Origin: Escherichia phage vB_Eco_Maverick
Direction: 5' to 3' (one strand)
Sequence record: NC_073077.1
DNA length: 42,624 nucleotides
Every line of letters starts with the position of its first letter. Position 1 is the first letter of the stretch. Positions 35,943-42,624 of this stretch are shown piece by piece. Both the position numbers and the translations under genes were made by a program. The notes below the pieces were generated by a model. It was not told the origin of the DNA. It ran no database searches and worked only from the letters and a program-made list of their open reading frames with translations.

Positions 35943-36710
35943 TAGCGCGGAATACCGCAGATTTCGTTTAACGTCTTCACGTCCAGCGCCACCGCCGTGG
36001 ATTTTGGCTTGTCAGGGTAAGGAATGAACTGTTCCACTTCAGGCCACGCCTTGATCAGCTTCTTATCGGTATTGTGCATATCCAGCACACCGGTAACGGT
36101 TAGTTTGAACGCGTCATAATTAGCTCGCAACTCGCGGCGGGCCTTGTCGTTGCGATCCAGGCACTTACAGAAATCATGGTCCGCCGGGTAGTCTACGCGA
36201 CCGCGCGGAAGATATATCGGCAGCGATTTTCCGTCCTCGTCCACTTCGCACACTGAAGCCAGCATAACTTCCTCGTACCCCGGTACGATATCACCGAGAT
36301 CGGGAGATAGCTTGTTCATATATTTCTCTTCCCAGTATCCGCGGTGCAGGCGGTATCGGTATCCATCGCCGCTCAATGATACGGTGCGAACATTACCGCC
36401 TGCGTTGATATCGAATCCGGCGCTATAAACGCTGCCGATGCCTTTTGGCCGGTCGGAGTTATAGCTATACGTCGCCTTGTCGGTGTAAACGCTAACGCCA
36501 TACATCTGCGACTGGTTATCGCGGATTTCTGCGATATATGCGCGTAACTCGGCGAACGTGCGAATGCCTTCCGGCATACAGTCCAGCGTAATGGCGTACG
36601 CCAAGTCGCGAGAGTCCATCATGATGGATTTTGCTTCGGTCGCGATTTCATGGTCGCGCAGGATGTTAGCCAGAATCTTGTTTTTAACGTCTTTTGTCAG
36701 TCTCATTTTT
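35942..36710 (-). CDS. hypothetical protein, moron-like gene on the opposite strand inside the structural module
   Basis: 256-aa product starting MRLTKDVKNKIL at ATG 36710; own promoter and leader upstream; the longer frame to 37114 is antisense to the scaffold gene. Confidence 0.55.
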
Positions 36711-36734
36711 GCGTCCTCGTTGTTGGTGTGCAAC

Positions 36735-36763
36735 CAATATATGCAACCAATACGCGGATTGCA
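36735..36763 (-). promoter_or_regulatory. sigma70-like promoter TTGCAA-N17-TATATT for the moron gene
   Basis: Palindromic TTGCAA at 36758-36763 and minus-strand TATATT at plus 36735-36740; followed by leader ggttgcacaccaaca shared with the 26353 gene. Confidence 0.4.
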
Positions 36764-36854
36764 AGCGAATTTTGCGATTATTTTTATCACTGATAATATT
36801 AGAGGCGTGAAGTCGAGCGGGTGGCCCGCTCTGCCACAATCCCAGGGGGATAGC

Positions 36855-37559
36855 ATGAAACTTACTAAAGCAGAATATGACGCGTTGCCGGAAGGTATGA
36901 AGGCGCTTTTTGTTGCCGATGGCGACGGGTATAAATCAACTTTCATGACCGCAGAAGAAGTACAGGCGGAAATCAAGGGTCTGAAAGACAACAACGCGAA
37001 GCTGGTGAGCGAGAAGAAAGCAGAAGCTGAACGCCGCGCCGAAGCTGAGCGCCTTGCGAAAGAGAAAGAGGAAGCCGCCGCGCGCAAAAATGGCGACCTC
37101 GAAGCGATCGACAAGTCCTGGAAAGATAAGTTTGCGAAACACGAAGCAGATACATCGGGAAAAATCGAAGCCTACCGCAAGCAGATCCACGATCTAACCA
37201 TCGGCAGCGCTGCCAAAGACCTGGCGTCGAAGCTGTTCGGTAAGAATGCGGGAATCATGCAACGCCACGTAATGGACCGCCTGACGCTGGAAGACGGCGA
37301 AGACGGCAGCTTGAAAGTGCGTGTCTTGCAGGATGGCAAACCGTCCGCGCTGACTATGGAAGAGCTTGAAAAAGAGTTCCGTAATAACGCCGATTTTGCA
37401 TCAGTCCTGGCTGGCACGCCAGCCGGTGGCGCGCCTAGCAAACCGACGCAGGTTGTCGAAGATGTGAAGTCTAAAATTACGATGGGCCACAGCTTCGGTA
37501 TCACTGACCTTACGAAACAGGCAGGTGAAATCATCGCTAAGATGGGCGACGACGAGTAA
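36855..37559 (+). CDS. capsid scaffolding protein
   Basis: 234 aa, highly charged coiled-coil centre (EKKAEAERRAEAERLAKEKEEAAARK), located directly upstream of the major capsid gene; AGGGGGA Shine-Dalgarno. Confidence 0.6.
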   Translation: MKLTKAEYDALPEGMKALFVADGDGYKSTFMTAEEVQAEIKGLKDNNAKLVSEKKAEAERRAEAERLAKEKEEAAARKNGDLEAIDKSWKDKFAKHEADTSGKIEAYRKQIHDLTIGSAAKDLASKLFGKNAGIMQRHVMDRLTLEDGEDGSLKVRVLQDGKPSALTMEELEKEFRNNADFASVLAGTPAGGAPSKPTQVVEDVKSKITMGHSFGITDLTKQAGEIIAKMGDDE

Positions 37560-37656
37560 GCAGATTGCCCGCGAAAGCGGGCAATTTTGCGAGCGCGTAA
37601 ATCTAAGGTAACATTAACGTCACTGGGCGAATGCTCACAACTCAAAGGATTTCGAT

Positions 37657-38757
37657 ATGTCTTTAACAGTGTTCCAGCGTAAACTCGTTACCGCGGTTAC
37701 GCAAATGATCCCCGACAACCTGAACGTTTTCAACGCCGCCGCCAATGGCGCTGTTGTTCTCGGTACTGGTGAAGTGCTGAAGGATGTTATTGAGAAAATG
37801 TCCGTAGGCTTGATCGCCAACCTCGTTACCGACCGTAACGCCTACGCCCCCGTCGGCACTCCGGCAACCGCGAAAGTTCTGGCGCGTATGCTGACCAACT
37901 CGGTTAACCTTTCCGCAAAAGTGGGTCCGGTAGCAATCACTAAGGCTATGATGGCTAAGATCGAAACCAACGTTAACAGCGTTGCGGCTGAGATTGCGGC
38001 ACAGGCTACTCAAGCGATTATGCTGCACTACCTGAAAGCTGGTATCGGCGCAAGTAAAGCGGCGATCGAAAGCAACGCAGCGGCAAAATACACCCAACCG
38101 GCGCGCGTTGATGGTGTTGGTGGTCGCACCTTCCCGACCCTGGCAGACTTCCCGCTGGCGGCTTCCAAGTTCGGCGATCAGGCGTCTTTGATTAAATCCT
38201 GGTTTATGGACGGCGTTACCTGGGCAAACTTCATTGCGTACCAGGCACTCCCTTCCGCTGAACAGGTATTCGCAATTGGCGATCTACAGGTAATGGGTGA
38301 TGGCCTGGGCCGTCGATTCATTATCTCCGATGCCGCTGCCGATGCTATGGGTGCTGGTAACATGCTGGGTCTGGTTCCTGGCGCGGTTGCAGTTACCACC
38401 AACGGCCTCGATATGCTGGCGCAGGAGAAAGGCGGTAACGAGAACATCGAACGCTGGTGGCAGGGCGAGTTCGACTTCAACGTGGCCGTTAAAGGCTACC
38501 GTCTGAAGGCGTCCGCTCGTACCCCGATCGAAGGTGTGCGCTCGTTCAAACTGGACGATATTACCACTTCCGCTAACTGGGAACTGGACCAGGGCCAGGT
38601 AGACAACGCACCGGCAACCGTGCAGGACGTTGGCGCTGTGGGTGATGGCGATACTAAAGGCCGTCGTAAGACCCAGGCCGCACAGGCAGTGCCTACCCGT
38701 CACATCAAGGAAACCGCTGGCGTACTGGTTACGCTGACGGCGACTACCGCGTCTTAA
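37657..38757 (+). CDS. major capsid protein
   Basis: 366-aa ORF after the scaffold, followed by a strong terminator; composition typical of HK97-fold capsid proteins. Confidence 0.8.
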   Translation: MSLTVFQRKLVTAVTQMIPDNLNVFNAAANGAVVLGTGEVLKDVIEKMSVGLIANLVTDRNAYAPVGTPATAKVLARMLTNSVNLSAKVGPVAITKAMMAKIETNVNSVAAEIAAQATQAIMLHYLKAGIGASKAAIESNAAAKYTQPARVDGVGGRTFPTLADFPLAASKFGDQASLIKSWFMDGVTWANFIAYQALPSAEQVFAIGDLQVMGDGLGRRFIISDAAADAMGAGNMLGLVPGAVAVTTNGLDMLAQEKGGNENIERWWQGEFDFNVAVKGYRLKASARTPIEGVRSFKLDDITTSANWELDQGQVDNAPATVQDVGAVGDGDTKGRRKTQAAQAVPTRHIKETAGVLVTLTATTAS

Positions 38758-38775
38758 CGGGCGCACATCCCAAAT

Positions 38776-38800
38776 GGGCGGGCTTATGCCCGCCTTTTTT
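38776..38800 (+). terminator. rho-independent terminator after the major capsid gene
   Basis: gggcgggc-ttat-gcccgcc stem followed by tttttt. Confidence 0.8.
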
Positions 38801-38815
38801 ATAGGAGTGAATCTA

Positions 38816-39316
38816 ATGTATGGCGACCCGCAAACCTTTGTCGATTATGCCGCTGCGCGAGGCGTTGAAGTCACGTTGGGCGATGCAACGCGACACCTCA
38901 CCATCGTTAATGACTTCCTTAACGGCATCAACTGGATCGGCGAACAGGCGGACCAGACCGGAATAGACGCATGGCCCCGCATCAATTACCCATCGGACGG
39001 GAAGCCGGTGCGCGACACGCTAACCGAAGTCGTGGCGGTAGTGCCGGTCGGGCAAATCGTATACTTTGCATCAATCCCCGTTGCCGTTGAACAAGCTGTT
39101 TACCGGCTGGCGATGTTGGTGGCGGACGAGATCGATATTTCTCCGGTCGGCGATGGTAAAGAGACTATTCGCGAAACGGTCGGCCCGATCACGATGGAGT
39201 ATGACCCGGCGTCGATTGGTAGCGGGGTGTCGTTCCCGTGGTGGGATGGCTTGTTAGGGCACTGGGTTGATTCAGGCGGCAACGCCGCAGGCAATTTCGA
39301 CGTATTCAGGGGGTAA
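38816..39316 (+). CDS. head-tail connector / head completion protein
   Basis: 166-aa ORF with AGGAG Shine-Dalgarno, first of four small genes between capsid and major tail genes. Confidence 0.45.
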   Translation: MYGDPQTFVDYAAARGVEVTLGDATRHLTIVNDFLNGINWIGEQADQTGIDAWPRINYPSDGKPVRDTLTEVVAVVPVGQIVYFASIPVAVEQAVYRLAMLVADEIDISPVGDGKETIRETVGPITMEYDPASIGSGVSFPWWDGLLGHWVDSGGNAAGNFDVFRG

Positions 39317-39420
39317 TATGAATCCGGCATTACTCGCGGCGATAATCGCCGCCAACGCTAAACGGCAATCAGAACAACCGGAGCCAGAACCAGTACCACC
39401 GGCACAGGAGAGTGAAGAAG

Positions 39421-39774
39421 ATGGCGGGCTTTAATTACGCAGGATTAAAGCGGAAAGTGAATCCGCTGATTAAAAAATTCGGCATGACCGTTACGGTTAC
39501 GCGTCCGGGATCTGTTGACCGTGTAGACGGCGACGAAGTGGTAAGACCTCCAACGTCGTTTGACGTCATCGGTCTTCGCGAGGAGTACAAGCCTAGCGAG
39601 ATCGACGGAACGCGTATCGTTGCCGGTGATGTGAAGTTTTTATGTCGGGCGGTTGAGCAATTGCGGGTGGGCGACCTGGTTAACCTGAACGGCACTGACT
39701 ACCGGGTCGTCAACCCCAACCCACTGCAACCGGCTGGCACTGCCATGCTGTTTCAACTACAGCTAAGGGGCTAA
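39421..39774 (+). CDS. head-tail adaptor / head closure protein
   Basis: 117-aa ORF with AGGAGAG Shine-Dalgarno; position in the connector cluster. Confidence 0.45.
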   Translation: MAGFNYAGLKRKVNPLIKKFGMTVTVTRPGSVDRVDGDEVVRPPTSFDVIGLREEYKPSEIDGTRIVAGDVKFLCRAVEQLRVGDLVNLNGTDYRVVNPNPLQPAGTAMLFQLQLRG

Positions 39775-39775
39775 C

Positions 39776-40369
39776 GTGGCTGAAGTCTACTCATTCGCCG
39801 CCACTATTGCTACGTGGGTGGATAAGACGAAGGAGAACAACGATAAGGCGGTGCGGGCGTACGGGATGCAAATACTCGGACGCCTTATTGAGATCTCCCC
39901 GGTGGGCGATCCTCGCCGGTGGAAGATTAACAAGGCTTATGCGATGGCCCGCCAGCACGCGAACAAGGTGAACGCCGCACAGCGCCGCAAGAATGGTGGC
40001 AAACTGAAGCGCGGGCAGAAGAAGCACGCCAGTGTGCTCATCTCATTTAAAACTAAAAACGGCAACGTCACGTTCCGCCAGCGTGGCTGGGCCGCGAAAA
40101 ATTACACCGGCGGACGCTTCCGGGGAAACTGGCAGGTTACGTTCGACCGCCCGGCTGTCGGCGCTATTGACCGCGTGGACAAGGCCGGAACGGCAACATT
40201 AGCCGCAGGGCGTGAAGTGCTGGCGCATTACGATTCTGGTGAATACGTGTCGATCTGGTTTACTAACAATGTGCCGTATGCCCAGCGACTGGAATATGGC
40301 TGGAGTAAACAAGCGCCCGCGGGGATTGTTCGCGTCGTAGCGGCAGAAATCAATTCGAAGGTGAAATAA
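39776..40369 (+). CDS. tail completion / neck protein
   Basis: 197-aa ORF, GTG start with AAGGGG Shine-Dalgarno; position in the connector cluster. Confidence 0.45.
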   Translation: MAEVYSFAATIATWVDKTKENNDKAVRAYGMQILGRLIEISPVGDPRRWKINKAYAMARQHANKVNAAQRRKNGGKLKRGQKKHASVLISFKTKNGNVTFRQRGWAAKNYTGGRFRGNWQVTFDRPAVGAIDRVDKAGTATLAAGREVLAHYDSGEYVSIWFTNNVPYAQRLEYGWSKQAPAGIVRVVAAEINSKVK

Positions 40370-40791
40370 TGAGCAATACTCTAATCCGCAAGGCGCTTAA
40401 CAGCGTTGTCGAAGAGCTATCGGTTAGCCTGAACACTAGCGCGCGCCCGATAAAGGTTAACGGGGAGAACGTGGGCGGCGACCACGCAAACGGCAGCGGT
40501 GTCTACCTGGAACCATATCTGCTTCCGGCCCCGACCCAGTTTGTGGGCTTCCAGCAGAAGGGCCGGATCTATTCAGGCGTGTATCAGGTCGCCGTGGTAT
40601 TTCCTGCGGGCACGGGCACACAGTATGCGAGCGAACTGGCTGACGCCATCGCGACGTCTGACAAGTGGCAGGCCGTAAGACTTACCGGTGCTGCGTTCCA
40701 GCTTCAGGACTCGCCATACACCAGTCCGGTGATCGAGGATGTTGATCGTGCCCGCATCGTGGTCACAGTCCCCTACACCTGTTGCGCCTGA
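40369..40791 (+). CDS. tail terminator / tail tube-head joining protein
   Basis: 140-aa ORF immediately upstream of the major tail gene. Confidence 0.45.
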   Translation: MSNTLIRKALNSVVEELSVSLNTSARPIKVNGENVGGDHANGSGVYLEPYLLPAPTQFVGFQQKGRIYSGVYQVAVVFPAGTGTQYASELADAIATSDKWQAVRLTGAAFQLQDSPYTSPVIEDVDRARIVVTVPYTCCA

Positions 40792-40851
40792 TTTGGCGCA
40801 ATTCTATGCGTGCGGTATCATTAATCCGTATATCTAAACAGGAGCTTTATT

Positions 40852-41577
40852 ATGGGTTATCAACTTCCCAACGGGTCCAGCGTCCAGATCGGGTCCGTAT
40901 TAGGCAGCGGCATCGCGGTTACGGCAGCTACCAACGCCGCGGCGTCGATCTCCGACCTTACGCAAGGTTGCGTAATTACCTGTGCGGCTTCGCATGGTCT
41001 GGTTGTTGGCGACGTTGTTATGTTCACTAAAACCCCGTGGGTCCGAGCGCTTAACCGCGCATTCATCGTGGGTAAAGTGGACACCAACGACGTTACGCTG
41101 GCGCGCTTCGACACCGAAGACGTCACAAAATACCCGACCGGCGCTTTCAGCGTAGGCACTCCAGGCGAAGTGGTGAAGGTGTCGGGCTTTATCGACTTCC
41201 CTTTCATTACTAACGTTGCCGTGTCTGGTGGCGACCAGCAGACGACTACCTTCCAGCCGTTGCAGGTGAACACCGCAATCAGTCTGAACACCACGAAAAA
41301 CCCGTTGGTACAGACTTACACTTTCACCCACGACGAAGAAGACCCGATCCGCCCAATCCTGGAAGACCTGGACGACACACAGAAAACCACTGTGATCAAG
41401 TTCACTAACCCAGCGGCAGCAAGCGGCAAAGGTGAGATTCGTATTTACCCAGCTAAGGTATCTTTCCAGAAGATTCCGTCCGCTGAAGTAAACAACGTGG
41501 AAACGGTACAATCCACTCTGACCATGCAGTCTGATATGGTTATCTACCGTAAGGATCTGGTCGAGGCATTGTCTTGA
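40852..41577 (+). CDS. major tail protein
   Basis: 241-aa beta-rich ORF with AGGAG Shine-Dalgarno, directly upstream of the G/G-T chaperone pair and followed by a terminator. Confidence 0.7.
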   Translation: MGYQLPNGSSVQIGSVLGSGIAVTAATNAAASISDLTQGCVITCAASHGLVVGDVVMFTKTPWVRALNRAFIVGKVDTNDVTLARFDTEDVTKYPTGAFSVGTPGEVVKVSGFIDFPFITNVAVSGGDQQTTTFQPLQVNTAISLNTTKNPLVQTYTFTHDEEDPIRPILEDLDDTQKTTVIKFTNPAAASGKGEIRIYPAKVSFQKIPSAEVNNVETVQSTLTMQSDMVIYRKDLVEALS

Positions 41578-41607
41578 TTTGGTCGCTTAAATAGCGAGTG
41601 ATAATAT

Positions 41608-41630
41608 GGGGCCAGCACGGCCCCTTTTTT
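41608..41630 (+). terminator. rho-independent terminator after the major tail gene
   Basis: ggggcc-agcac-ggcccc stem followed by tttttt. Confidence 0.75.
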
Positions 41631-41646
41631 ATTGGAGAATACTACA

Positions 41647-42009
41647 ATGGCTAAAGCACCACTCTTCACACTTGACCCTAAGCCAACCTTTAAGCTGCCG
41701 ATTGAGATCCCGCGCCCTGGTGAGAACGAACCAGGCAAGATGACGTTTACCGTACGCCACCGCCCGATCGACGAGTTTTCGCAGACCATGCAGGACACCG
41801 AACGCAAGCTGTCGGAATATGACGACAATGACCCGGACGGCTTTAACGTTATGGTCGAGGCCATCATGCACGTCGCAGAAGGCTGGAATCTGCCGGACGA
41901 ATTTAACGCGGAGAACGTCCGCCGCCTGGTGGTCAACTATCCACGCGCGTTCGGTGTGTTCCACACGTCGTACTATCTCGAACTGATGGGGTTGCGTGAA
42001 AAAAACTAA
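41647..42009 (+). CDS. tail assembly chaperone G
   Basis: 120-aa acidic ORF between major tail and tape-measure genes; GGAG Shine-Dalgarno; ends ...REKN-stop with slippery A_AAA_AAC at its 3' end. Confidence 0.7.
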   Translation: MAKAPLFTLDPKPTFKLPIEIPRPGENEPGKMTFTVRHRPIDEFSQTMQDTERKLSEYDDNDPDGFNVMVEAIMHVAEGWNLPDEFNAENVRRLVVNYPRAFGVFHTSYYLELMGLREKN

Positions 42010-42323
42010 TTGAGGCGGCGCGACGCTTTTATGGCCCGCCGCCACCCTCCGAAGATTTAGCCGCAAGTTTATGGGGCGCGGCCCCCGAAGATGTTTGTCC
42101 ACCTGTTGCGCTGTGGCCCGACAACGCGAAGGTAGTCGCAGTCTTCACAGATTGCTCCACGCAATGGCGCACCGGATTTGGTGGCGCATACGGCATCGAC
42201 TACGGCGTGCTGGAGTGGTTATTTAAGATGCACGGTATCGAAAACGAACAGCGCGCGTTTAAAGATATCAAGCTAATGGAACGAATAGCGCTTGATGAGA
42301 TGGCGCAGCAGAACCACGCATAA
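41647..42323 (+). CDS. tail assembly chaperone G-T fusion, made by -1 programmed frameshift at 42000-42006
   Basis: After a -1 slip on A_AAA_AAC the reading frame stays open for about 105 codons (…LIEAARRFYGPPPPSEDLAASLWG…) to the TAA at 42321-42323; this frame has no in-frame start of its own. Confidence 0.6.
42000..42006 (+). other. -1 ribosomal frameshift slippery heptamer A_AAA_AAC
   Basis: Heptamer sits in the zero frame of gene G three codons before its stop; X_XXY_YYZ pattern. Confidence 0.6.
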
Positions 42324-42327
42324 TGAA

Positions 42328-42621
42328 GCGGGACGTCCCGCTTTGTCCCGCCCTGTAAAACCGCATATCTAATCACTTTCATTGCATAAACTCAAAGCGG
42401 GACAGGCGGGACGTCCCGTTTTGTCCCACCCACGAAATGTGCATACCTATTCGAATTTCGTGCATAAAACAAGCGGGACAGAAAGCGGGACAGACAAGGG
42501 GCGGGACAAAGCGGGACAGCACCCAGTCCCCGCCAGTGCTGCCGCGGTTTTCAGCCGATCGGGACAAGCGGGACAAAGCCCAGTCTTTCAGACTAGACGG
42601 GGGTCAACGGCCCCCCTCGTC
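42328..42621. repeat. iteron cluster: GCGGGACGTCCCGC palindromes, about seven direct GCGGGACA octamers, two TGCATAAA boxes, ending in the same 28-nt hairpin (terminal copy, continues into bases 1-200)
   Basis: Palindrome at 42328-42341 and 42406-42418; GCGGGACA at 42397, 42473, 42485, 42501, 42511, 42568; TGCATAAA at 42383 and 42461; hairpin at 42594-42621. Confidence 0.85.
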
Positions 42622-42624
42622 TGA

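Noticed and set aside
40900-41511. 203-aa minus-strand ORF inside the major tail protein gene
   Set aside because: Antisense to a gene with a strong RBS and flanking terminator; no independent signals
42382-42624. 80-aa plus-strand ORF over the terminal iteron cluster, with the same C-terminus as the internal one
   Set aside because: The shared protein tail is explained by nucleotide identity of the repeat elements; the ORF runs off the contig end and has no translation signals
1-42624. Lysogeny module (integrase, CI-like repressor, attP) or tRNA genes
   Set aside because: No ORF shows integrase catalytic motifs or a repressor/Cro pair, and I could not recognise a tRNA cloverleaf by eye; absence is provisional because I cannot run tRNAscan or profile searches

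Overview
The window looks like a complete, circularly closed genome of a tailed (siphovirus-type) enterobacterial phage, about 42.5 kb unique, with no integrase or repressor seen (probably virulent). Bases 1-127 are identical to 42498-42624, so the linear ends are most likely an assembly overlap or terminal redundancy. Layout, in map order: packaging and head genes (HTH-fused SbcD/Mre11-like phosphoesterase, terS, terL, portal, minor head protein, spanin pair, a minus-strand moron, scaffold, major capsid, connectors); a lambda-type tail module that wraps across the contig ends (major tail, G and G-T chaperone with an A_AAA_AAC -1 frameshift site, tape measure, M/L/K/I/J-like genes); a Cor/Llp-like lipoprotein and a small tail-associated protein; a long minus-strand early block (PD-(D/E)xK-like, HAD phosphatase, Dam-like and Dcm-like methyltransferases, SNF2 helicase, VRR-NUC, family A DNA polymerase, DUF2815-like SSB, DUF2800-like nuclease, charged-repeat protein); then plus-strand genes for an HTH regulator, a primase-helicase, small proteins and a holin-endolysin cassette. 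The most unusual structure is non-coding: two copies of a ~170-300 bp element packed with GCGGGACA octamer iterons, GCGGGAC/GTCCCGC palindromes, TGCATAAA boxes and an identical 28-nt GC hairpin. One copy sits just downstream of the primase-helicase gene and the other, unexpectedly, between the G-T chaperone and tape-measure genes; I read this as a candidate bipartite replication origin (P4 ori/crr-like), but that is inference. A second motif, ATTGGTTGCA, recurs about 20 times in intergenic regions and often supplies the -35 of sigma70-like promoters; one promoter-leader is duplicated verbatim in front of an early-region gene and the structural-module moron. All functional calls rest on motifs I recognised by eye in the six-frame translations; no database search was run.
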